From an uncultured Verrucomicrobiae bacterium (lineage in GTDB: Bacteria > Verrucomicrobiota > Verrucomicrobiia > Limisphaerales > Palsa-1400): a stretch of DNA of 64,000 bases. The translations under genes and the position numbers were made by a program. Of this stretch, positions 53,913 to 64,000 are shown piece after piece. A model generated the notes under the pieces. That model was given only the letters and a program-made list of their open reading frames with translations. It did no database searches and had not been told where the DNA came from. The DNA lies in NCBI GenBank assembly GCA_963764165.1, contig CAVXRD010000002.1:3520001-3584000 (forward strand). Direction: 5' to 3'. Each line of letters opens with the position of its first letter. The first letter of the stretch is position 1.

Positions 53913-53949
53913 GACCGCAATTCCAACTTTGTAAAATCAAACCGCCCCG

Positions 53950-56900
53950 ATGAAAAAGACCTTCTTCCCAGCGCTGTTTGCAATTGGATTGATCGCCGGC
54001 CCGGCGAAGCTGCTGGCGCAAATGCACACCAACATAGTGTATGTCAATCAATACGCGCCGAGTTCAAGCCAGCAGACAGGAGCGAACTGGGCCAATGCTT
54101 ACTTTGACTTGCAGGATGCTCTCACCGCTGTCCAGCCCACAGCCAATACGGTGGTGGAATTTTGGGTGGCAGGCGGAACCTATTATCCAGTAACGCCCCA
54201 GGATGAACTCAATCCGCTGGCAGCTCTCGAAATAAGGTACTCTTCTTTTAATTTGGCCAGCCATTTGCACATTCGCGGCGGTTTCAACGGCTGGGAAAGC
54301 AGCCCAGACCAGCGCGGAGGCCTGACGCTCACGGTGCTGAGCGGGGACATCGGCACGCCCATGGTCAATCCAATTACCAGTTCATCGAATCCATTGACGT
54401 TGGCCGACCAGCCGTTCGATCCGAACGATCCCGGCCTGGCGGATAATTGTTACAATGTCATTCGGGGAACGGATTGTACCGATGTCGTTTTGGACAGTTT
54501 GGTGATCACCGGGGGCTGCGCCAATGGCACCAATTTTTATTCTTTCCAGGATATCCAGGCGATGTCGGTGGCGGCGCCGATTCCTGACGACTTCCCGGTC
54601 AATCAAGACCCGGCGGGAGAGGCAGAAGTTGATTTGGACCCGGTATTGGCGGGGGGCGGGTTATTTGTCTCAAACCAATACATGCGGACCTACGAGAAGC
54701 AGTTGGCAGTCACTGGATGCACGTTCATTAATAATTACACGTCGGGCTATGGAGGGGCGGTGGCCTTGAAAGACACCCAAGCCGAGATTCTATTTTGCAA
54801 TTTTTATAACAATCAAAGCGAACAGGAAGGCGGGGCGATTTATGGCCAGAACCAATATTCGTCTGTATTCGGCTGCGCGTTTGGGGGCAACGCCTCGGCA
54901 TTTGACGGGGGGGCGCTTTATTTTGAATCGTTTCCGTCCTGGAAGACTATGATTCCAGGCAACGTGTTGGATTTCCTGCCGCAAAATCCGACAGTGGATG
55001 AGTTATCGGCAGTGTTTGTGGTGGCCGTGGGTGGCACCTTGCTCAATGAAGATCAGTTTTTCTCGGACACTATTACAGCCACCAAAATGGCGAATAACAC
55101 CCGAGTTTGTTTAAATGGAACTGTGCAGGCGGAGGAAGCAGGTGAAGAGGGTTCCTTCGCTTCGGATTTATTTTATAAGACGCTTCCGGCCAATCCGGTT
55201 GCGAAAGTGACGGCGGTAATTGAGGCCGATGGCGCGGCGGACACGACCGTAGCCGCCCTGGGGGTGGCAGGCAATGTCTATGGCCTTCTCACCGTCTCCG
55301 TCACCGTCGGGAATCTCATCAACGACAAGTGGGGCAACCCAAACTCCACCGCGTACAAGAATTGGCAGATTTTTGCAAACGGCTTTAACACTTATGCCAC
55401 GCCGGCGGGGTGGATTACGTTGCTGATCAATGCGATCACGACGTCGGAGAATAACCAACTCCAGGAGGAGCAGGCGGAATCTCTCCGGCAACGGGCCGTG
55501 GCGACCAAATCGCAGGAGGCAAGTCAGTATAACTGGAGCGATTACTCGACGATTGTCGATTGCACGTTTACGAACAATGAGAGCGGCCTTGGTGGCGCGG
55601 CGGGGATTTTTTATGATAATGTCCAAATTGAGAATTCTGTTTTTGAACAGAACGTGGCACTCTCAGGCGGGGGCGCGTTGGATATCGAATTCTGGAACAG
55701 CCCGTTCGTGTTCAACTGCGGATTTTACCAGAACAGTTGCCGGACCAACGGAACCAGCGCGGCCATGAATCTCCACAATTCCCGCACCAAATTCATCAAT
55801 TGCACGTTCAACGAGAACTACGCCGGGGGGAGCAGCACCATGTCCAACGGCTGCGCGGTGAGCAGCGAGTTGGGGGCGGACATCGTCGTGGCCAATTCGA
55901 TTCTTTGGGGCAATACCAACCCGGCGCTGGCGAACGGCGGCGCGGACCTTCTGGTTGTTACCACCAACATGCTTTCCGCCACCAACTACAACGCCTACAT
56001 CGCCGCGGATGCCGATGACTGCCGGTGGATCGGCCAATGCGATTTGCGAAACAGTTGCGTGCAGAGTTTGAACATTTTGCCGCAGGGAAGCGAGACTTTC
56101 TTCATTTACGATTTCGGGACGTGGTACGTATAATTCAGTTAACAACCAGAATCTTATCTCGCCCCTCTACACTGGGACTTACCAACAATATGTCGCTGCC
56201 GCCGAAGCGGCCTTTAATAGTGCGAATACAGACGAGACGCTCTACGAGAATGGTTTCTACAATTCCGGGATGGGGATTCGTCCCGGGGCCTTTACCGGCG
56301 CCAACGGCAACATCAGCAGCGATCCGTATCTAGCCAATAAATATCAGCCGGAATTGTTTTCACCCGTCATCGGCGCCGGCAGCACCAACGTTCTCAACAA
56401 TGGATTTAACCAACTCATTACGACCTACGATCTTCTAGGCAATCCGCGCTATTACAATGGCAACATTGACATGGGGGCGACCCAGAATCAGGGAGTGGCG
56501 CCGCCGGGCACGATCATTTACGTCAACAAAAATGTCGTCGGAGGCTACCATAATGGCCAGGACTGGGCCGATGCGTATAGTGACTTGCAGTCGGCCTTGT
56601 CCGCGGGGGGGGAACAGTCCCAGGTATGGGTTGCCAGCGGAACGTATATCCCCAACACGGCATTGTATTTCGCCGGGTTCGATGTGCCAGAGGGGGTATC
56701 GGTCTACGGCGGATTCTCCGGCATACCCGGAACGGAAGGGAATCTGGCGGCGTCCCAACCGGCATTAACACCGACGGTCCTGGCGGGCAGCCGATTATCC
56801 GGATCAGGCATTATGACTGCCTATGGCGAGGACAGTTACGCCAGCTTTGCCACTTTCAGCGGGCTGACGTTCTCGAATGCTCCCGGAGGAGTCGCTCTTG

Positions 56901-59900
56901 ATGTGGACCATTCCTCAGCAATCCAAAACTGTCTTTTCATATCGAATCAAAGCACGCCCGGCGCTTTGGAAGCCTTCAGCGATCCCCAGCAGATTCGCGC
57001 CGTCACGGTTTACGTCACAGATTGCCAGTTTCTGAGCAATTCCTGCACCGGGATCTTTTCCTCTTGCAGCGATACGGAAGTATCCGACAGCGTTTTTGAA
57101 GGAAACCGCTCGACCGGAAACGTGGCCGCGATCGCTGCCGTTGTGGGAGATGATAGAGGGTTGCTCCACATTTATGATTCGCTTTTCGCGAACAACACCG
57201 CGGCGGAAACGGATGGCGGCGCGGTGTCCATTGACGGATTGCAGGGGAATATCGAGAATTGCACATTCTTTGGGAACCAGGTCAACGCCTCCGCTAATGG
57301 CGCGTCCGCCGGCGGCGCGGCCGTGATTTTTAACGCGGAAGACAACGGCTTCCTGTGGGTGGCCAACTCGATCTTCTACCAGAATAGCGCGGTCAATAGC
57401 GGGTCCGGCGGGGTGGATTCGCCAGAGCTGCAACAGATTCAAACCGAGGGATCAAGCGCCTATTTCATCAGCTATAGCCTGATTGAAGAGGCCAGTAATT
57501 ATATTGACAATCCGCAAACGGTTTTCCCCGGCAATCCCGGGTTCCGCGCCTCGTCTGTGGGTAATTTCCAATTGGATCCCAGTTCACCCGCCATTGGCGC
57601 GGGCACAATCTCGGAGAGGTATCTTCCTTACGGATACCCGCAAACGGACCTGGCCGGCAATGGGCGTGTGATCGGTGAGCGAATGGATTTGGGTCCTTAT
57701 GAGTATCAAGGCAATGTCACACCCCCGACCAGTCTTCCGGTGATTGTCGAAATTACTAATTATAGCTCGAGCGGGATCGCCGAGACAAATTTTACGACCG
57801 ACGAACCGCCGCTGACATACGTCACGACCAGTTGCAACGGTCCGGGACCAGTCTATCAAATCACCTGTCTTTTAGGGACAAACGCCCCTGTCAGATGGTA
57901 TGTCAACCGCAACGACGGCAAAGGGTGGGTGGGGTTGACGGATGATAATGTCACCAGCGGTTCAGCCACCACCGTACTGACAATTACCGACCCGCCGACA
58001 ACCATGAACGGATGGCAATACGAACTGCGAGGAAGCCCCGGCCCCGGCGGAATTCCTTTCAATTTCACTTCGCTTTCATCCGCGATCACAGTCGATTCTC
58101 CGGTTATCTTTGTGAACGCGGCGGCCAAAGGCGGACGGCATGATGGCAGCACGTGGGCGAATGCATTCAACGATCTGGGAAGCGCCCTGGCTGAAGCGTC
58201 GCCCTGCCATCAGATTTGGGTGGCCGCCGGAACTAATCCGGTGAATTCCTTGAGCCTGGAGTCGGGTGTGGCGGTCTATGGCGGTTTTGCCGGCAATGAA
58301 ACCAGCCTTGCGCAACGCAATTGGAGGGTCCACGTGACGACGTTGACGGGGTTTGCCAACGGCTCGAACAGCGTTGCGGGACAAACGCCGAATCTCTTCG
58401 TCAACGACGGCGCCCGGGGGAACTGTGACGCGACGGCCATTCTGGATGGATTTGTCCTGACGGCGGCCAATAGTTCGGCCATTGACAATATAGACGGCGC
58501 AAGCCCAACGATCCGGAATTGCGTGTTTACAGGCAATTCGGGAGATGGGGCGGCAATTCAGGACCAGAACGCGTCCGCGCCGCATGTAACCGCCTGTATC
58601 TTTAGCAATAACTTTGCCGGGGCTGGCACGATGTTTGAGAACGGGGGTGTAGCGACCATTGACAACTGCCTGTTTCTGAACAACTCGGCGGACGAAGGCG
58701 GGGCGATATTTGCGGTGAATTCCACCGTCGCGATTATCAACTGCACGATTGCTGGAAACGTCGCCCGGGAGAATGGCGGGGGTATTTGTGAGGGCAACGG
58801 CGTGGAAACGGAGCAGAGTGTTCTCAACATCTATAACTGCATTATTTGGGGCAACACGGTGAATTCGTCCATTGGCAGCGCTCCTTCGACACTAAGCGCC
58901 CAACTGCACCAAGCTTCAATTAACGATACAGCAAACGTGATGAATTCGGACATTGAAGCGTGGCCGAATAATGCGAACGGGAATATCGCCTACGATCCCT
59001 TGTTTAATGCGGATTATACGCTCGATACCAACTCACCGGCGGTCAATAGCGGGAGCAATGCGCCGACCAACAGCCCGGCCGACCTGGCTGGGGCCACGCG
59101 GGTCGTTGGCGGCACGGTCGATATGGGCGCGTTCGAATTGCAGTCGGCGGCCGCGCCGACACCTGTCGAAGTGACTTCGCTCCCGCAATCGGCCACCTAT
59201 TGCGCATCTGGCTTGGGGACGTCGCTAACCGTGACCGGCGGCGGGACCGATGTCTATGCGTGGCAAATAAACACGGGCGCGGGATTCGTGCCCGTGAGCG
59301 GTCAGATTTATTCCATAAACACCAGTGGCGGCAACTCGACGCTGTCCATTGCCACTCTTACGCCCAGCATGAGCGGCTATCAGTACCAAGCCGTTGTAAA
59401 TGGAGTTTATTTTTCACTCCCGGCGACGCTAACAGTTGACTCACCGACGACAATTTTTGTCAACCAGCACGCCAGCGGGGCCAATAACGGGACCACCTGG
59501 GCCAATGCTTTCACGAGCTTGAATACGGCGCTCGAGGCGGCTTCCGGGGGTTGCGTTCAAATATGGGTGGCGGCGGGCACCTACCAGGCGCCCAGCGCGG
59601 GTTTTGCGATGCGCTCAGGCGTTGGGATTTATGGCGGGTTCAACGGTTCGGAAAGCGCTTTAAGCAGCCGCAATTGGACGGCCAACATTTGCATCCTCAC
59701 ACCCACAGGGAATAATGGGGTCATCGTTAATGACGGATCGGAAACGTCCGTGGATGCGACGGCGATTCTGGACGGTTTCACCATCCAGGCGACCAACTCG
59801 ATCCGAGCGGTGGAAAATCATTCCGGTGTCACACCGACCATTTCCAACTGCACATTCCAAGGGGCCGAAACAGCCATTTATGAGCAGGATTCTAGCGGAA

Positions 59901-62900
59901 CCATTGGCAACTGCACTTTCGAGAACACTTCGGAACAGGCGATTTACCTGGAAGGGGCCGCTCCGCTCATCGCTAACTGCGAGTTCTCGAGCAACGTGGG
60001 AGCAATCTATAACAGCGGGAGCAGCCCGACGATCCAGGATTGCTCGTTCACCAATAATACGAGCAGCGCGATTGAAAGCGCCGGTTCCTCAAGTCCGTTG
60101 ATTAATCGTTGCATTTTTACCGGCAATACCGCCTGGCAAGGCGCCGGGTTGATGGATGACTTCGAGTGCAGCCCGACGGTGGCCAACAGCTTATTTTACA
60201 ACAATAGAGCCAGCTCCGTCGGTGGCGCTATTGTGCATGATGGCTCTTCTTTAACGGTGTTGAACTGCACGTTCTCGCAAAACTCGGCCGGCTATGACGG
60301 TGGAGCGATTTACGACGAAGGCACGAATCTGGCCGTCCTTAATTCGATTGTTTGGAACAATCAGCTTGAATCAGAAGCCCTTGGACCTCGCACTCTCGAG
60401 CAACAACAGATTAATTATTACAGTGCCCAAGGCACCCCACCGGCAATCAGCAATTCATGCATCGACGGACTCACCATTTATGCTGGCAACTTCAACATCG
60501 GCTATGATCCTCTGTTTAGTCAGCCGGCGGCGGGGGATTTCAGGTTGCAAGCGCCATCCCCTGCCATCGGGGGCGGCAATGGCGCCTACACGGCCACATA
60601 TTTGACTGATCTGGCCGAATACCAACGTGTCGCCGGCCAACCGGTGGATATGGGCGCTTACGAATTTCGAGGCACGCCCCTGCCGCCAATCGAGATTGCG
60701 CAAGCGCCGGTTGCGCAAATCGTTTGCGACGGGACGCCGTTTTCGTTCGCGCTGTCCTTCAGCGGTAATGCGCCTGTGCCTCAAGTTCAATGGCAAGTCA
60801 ACAGCGGCGGGGGTTTTGTTGATGTTCCGACTGGCGCTCCCTACATGATAGTCAGCAACGAAACGTCGAACGTGCTTTCGGCCACGGCGGAATCGGCGTG
60901 GAGCGGAAATACTTATCGTTGGACCGTGCCGTCGGAAGGTTTTACCAGCGCGCCGTTCTCATTGACGGTTAATCCAATTCAAATCATTTATGTCCAGGCT
61001 GGGGCGTCCGGTGCCAATAACGGGACCACTTGGGCCAACGCCTACACCAGCTTGAATACGGCGCTTGAGGCGGCTTCCGGGGGTTGCGCTCAAGTGTGGG
61101 TGGCGGCTGGCACTTACCAGGCGCCCAGCGCGGGTTTTGCGATGCATTCTGACGCCGGGATCTATGGTGGGTTCAACGGCTGGGAAAGCGCTTTAAGCAG
61201 CCGCAATTGGACGACCAACATCTGCATCCTCACCCCCACAGGGAATAATGGGGTCATCGTTAATAACGGATTGGAAACGTCCGTGGATGCGACGGCGATT
61301 CTGGACGGTTTCACCATCCAGGCGGCCAACTCGAGCCGAGCGGTGGGAAATTATTCCGGTGTCACGCCGACCATTTCCAACTGCACGTTTCAAGGGGCCG
61401 CAACAGCCATTTATGAGCAGGATTCTGGCGGAACCATTGGCAACTGCTCTTTCGAGAACACTTCGCAACAAGCGATTTACCTGGAAGGGGCCGCTCCACT
61501 CATCGCTACCTGCCAGTTCTCGAACAACATGGGAGCAATCTATAACAACGAGAGCAGCCCGACGATCCAGGATTGCTTGTTCACCAATAATACGAGCAGC
61601 GCGATTGAAAGCGCCGGTTCCTCAAGTCCGTTGATTAATCGTTGCATTTTTACCGGCAATACCGCCTCGCAGGGCGCCGGGTTGCTGGATGGCGTCACGT
61701 GCAGTCCGACGGTGGCCAACAGCTTATTTTACAACAATAGAGCCAGCTCCGTCGGTGGCGCTATCGTGCATGATGGCTCTTCTTTAACGGTGGTTAATTG
61801 TACGCTGGCGCAAAACTCGGCCGGCTATGACGGTGGAGCGATTTACAACTATGGCACGAATCTGGCCGTCCTTAATTCGATTGTTTGGAACAATCAGCTC
61901 CAATCACAAATCTTTGGGCCTCGCACTCTCGAGCAACAACAGATTAATTTTGAAGGCGCCTTAGGCACCCCACCGGCGATCAGCAATTCATGCATCGACG
62001 GACTGGCCATTTATGCTGGCAACTTCAACATCGGCTATGATCCTCTGTTTAGTCAGCCGGCGGCGGGGGATTTCAGGTTGCAAGCGCCATCCCCGGCCAT
62101 CGGGGGCGGCAATGGCGCCTACACGGCCACATATTTGACTGATCTGGCCGAATACCAACGTGTCGCCGGCCAACCGGTGGATATGGGCGCTTACGAATTT
62201 CGAGGCACGCCCCTGCCGCCAATCGAGATTGCGCAAGCGCCGGTTGCGCAAACCGTTTGCGACGGGACGCCGTTTTCGTTCGCGCTGTCCTTCAGCGGTA
62301 ATGCGCCTGTGCCTCAAGTTCAATGGCAAGTCAACAGCGGCGGAGGTTTTGTTGATGTTCCGACTGGCGCCCCCTACATGATAGTCAGCAACGGAACGTC
62401 GAACGTGCTTTCGGCCACGGCGGAATCGGCGTTGAGCGGAAATACTTATCGTTGGATCGTGCCGTCGGAAGATTTTACCAACGCGCCGCTCCCATTGACG
62501 GTTAATCCAATTCAAATCATTTATGTCCAGGCCGGAGCGTCCGGGGCCAATAACGGGACCACTTGGGCCAACGCCTACACCAGCTTGAATGCGGCGCTCA
62601 ATGAGGCGGCCGGCGGCTGCGCTCAAGTGTGGGTGGCGGCGGGCACTTACCAGGCGCCCAGCACGGGCTTTGCGATGCGCTCAGGCGTTGGGATCTATGG
62701 CGGGTTCAACGGCTGGGAAGGCGCTTTAAGCAGCCGCAATTGGACGACCAACATCTGCATCCTCACCCCCACAGGGAATAATGGGGTCATCGTTAATAAC
62801 GGATTGGAAACGTCCGTGGATGCGACGGCGATTCTGGACGGTTTCACCATCCAGGCGGCCAACTCGAGCCGAGCGGTGGGAAATTATTCCGGTGTCACGC

Positions 62901-64000
62901 CGACCATTTCCAACTGCACGTTTCAAGGGGTCGAAACAGCCATTTATGAGCAGGATTCCGGCGGAACCATTGGCAAATGCTCTTTCGAGAACACTTCGCA
63001 ACAGGCGATTTACCTGGAAGGGGCCGCTCCGCTCATAGCTAACTGCGAGTTCTCGAGCAACGTGGGAGCAATCTATAACAACGAGAGCAGCCCGACGATC
63101 CAGGATTGCTCGTTCACCAATAATACGAGCAGCGCGATTGAAAGCGCCGGTTCCTCAAGTCCGTTGATTAATCGTTGCATTTTTACTGGCAATACCGCCT
63201 GGCAAGGCGCCGGGTTGATGGATGACTTCGAGTGCAGCCCGACGGTGGCCAACAGCTTATTTTACAACAATAGAGCCAGCTCCGTCGGTGGCGCTATTGT
63301 GCATGATGGCTCTTCTTTAACGGTGTTGAACTGCACGTTCTCGCAAAACTCGGCCGCTGGGGATGGCGGAGCGATTTACGACAAAGGCACGAATCTGGCC
63401 GTCCTTAATTCGATTGTCTGGAACAATCAGATAGGCCCCACTCCAGACGGGCCTCGCACTCTCGAGCAACAACAGATTAATTTTGAAGGAACCCCACCGG
63501 CAATCAGCAATTCATGCATCGACGGACTCACCATTTATGCCGGCAACTTCAACATCGGCTATGATCCTCTGTTTAGTCAGCCGGCGGCGGGGGATTTCAG
63601 ATTGCAAGCGCCATCCCCCGCCATCGGGGGCGGCAATGGCGCCTACACGGCCACATATTTGACTGATCTGGCCGAATACCAACGTGTCGCCGGCCAACCC
63701 GTGGATATGGGCGCTTACGAATTTCAGGGCACGAAGCAGCAGGCTCTGGACCTTTTGCAATCGCCAGTGGCACAGACGGTTTGTGAAGGGGGGACCGCAT
63801 CCTTCACCGTCGTCTTTGGCAGCGGGGCGCCGTTGGCCGACTTGCAATGGCAGGTAAGTTCGGGGACGGGCGTCGTCAATGTGACTGACGATGGCACCAA
63901 CCAGATCAGCACCGGCCTTAATTCGAGCACACTGACCATCCTGCATGCGCCGACTAATTTCAACGGCAACAGTTATAGTTTCGTTGTTCCCGCCAGCCAA
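53950..64000 (+). pseudogene. Giant secreted modular protein (beta-helix, choice-of-anchor-Q-like and Ig modules) with one +1 frameshift near 56072-56133; 3' end outside the window
   Basis: Signal peptide; first frame stops at 56133; next frame appears open from 56072 to the window end (partly translated by hand; ORF track shows no stop). Six modules begin I(Y/F)V..G..WA(N/D)A and end D(M/L)G(A/P). Confidence 0.85.
59477..63724 (+). repeat. Near-identical 1533-bp (511-codon) tandem repeat, about 2.8 copies
   Basis: GG(G/T)GCCAATAACGGGACCAC at 59477, 61010 and 62543; the third copy has a 9-bp deletion and diverges after 63724. Confidence 0.95.

Larger units (their letters stand above)
44248..64000. 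mobile_element. Decaying tRNA-Thr-anchored genomic island, right boundary not found
   Basis: tRNA followed by an integrase remnant, AlpA, MobQ relaxase with oriT, IS5 and Fic; including genes beyond ~49.6 kb is an inference. Confidence 0.6.

Noticed and set aside
56605..56612. G8 tract as a phase-variation switch
   Set aside because: It is in frame, short, and ~480 bp away from the actual frameshift
59477..63724. Diversity-generating retroelement template/variable pair
   Set aside because: Differences are not confined to adenines, all copies are in-frame coding units, and no reverse transcriptase is in the window
44323..64000. attR copy of the tRNA 3' end
   Set aside because: None spotted by eye, so the island boundary is left open

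Overview
A GC-rich bacterial chromosome segment, most likely Verrucomicrobiota (inferred from the PEP-CTERM protein, the PVC-type ECF sigma factor and integrases, and a secreted protein with an FFKL-type tail). The left part (1-43.8 kb) holds an IS630 end, a glucuronoxylan-degradation cluster (SGNH acetylesterase, GH115, GH8-CE15 fusion), secreted proteins, yciH and msrB. It also holds a very long Ala/Glu/Lys/Arg helical protein facing a TonB-ExbB-ExbD operon, a multi-Hpt phosphorelay, a SWIM-SNF2 ATPase and a FecR + CHASE2 cyclase pair. From tRNA-Thr(UGU) at 44248 a decaying island follows: integrase remnants on both sides of the tRNA, AlpA, a MobQ relaxase split by an IS5-family element, a candidate oriT, a Fic protein and a two-component system with a broken regulator. 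The window ends in a frameshifted secreted beta-helix/Ig gene over 10 kb long with 1533-bp tandem repeats. The least explained signals are a ~290-bp element present twice in inverted orientation, the dumbbell-shaped helical protein with three copies of one unrecognised domain, and hypervariable patches in the giant repeat gene. I saw no CRISPR array, reverse transcriptase or rRNA. All assignments come from reading motifs by eye, without database searches.
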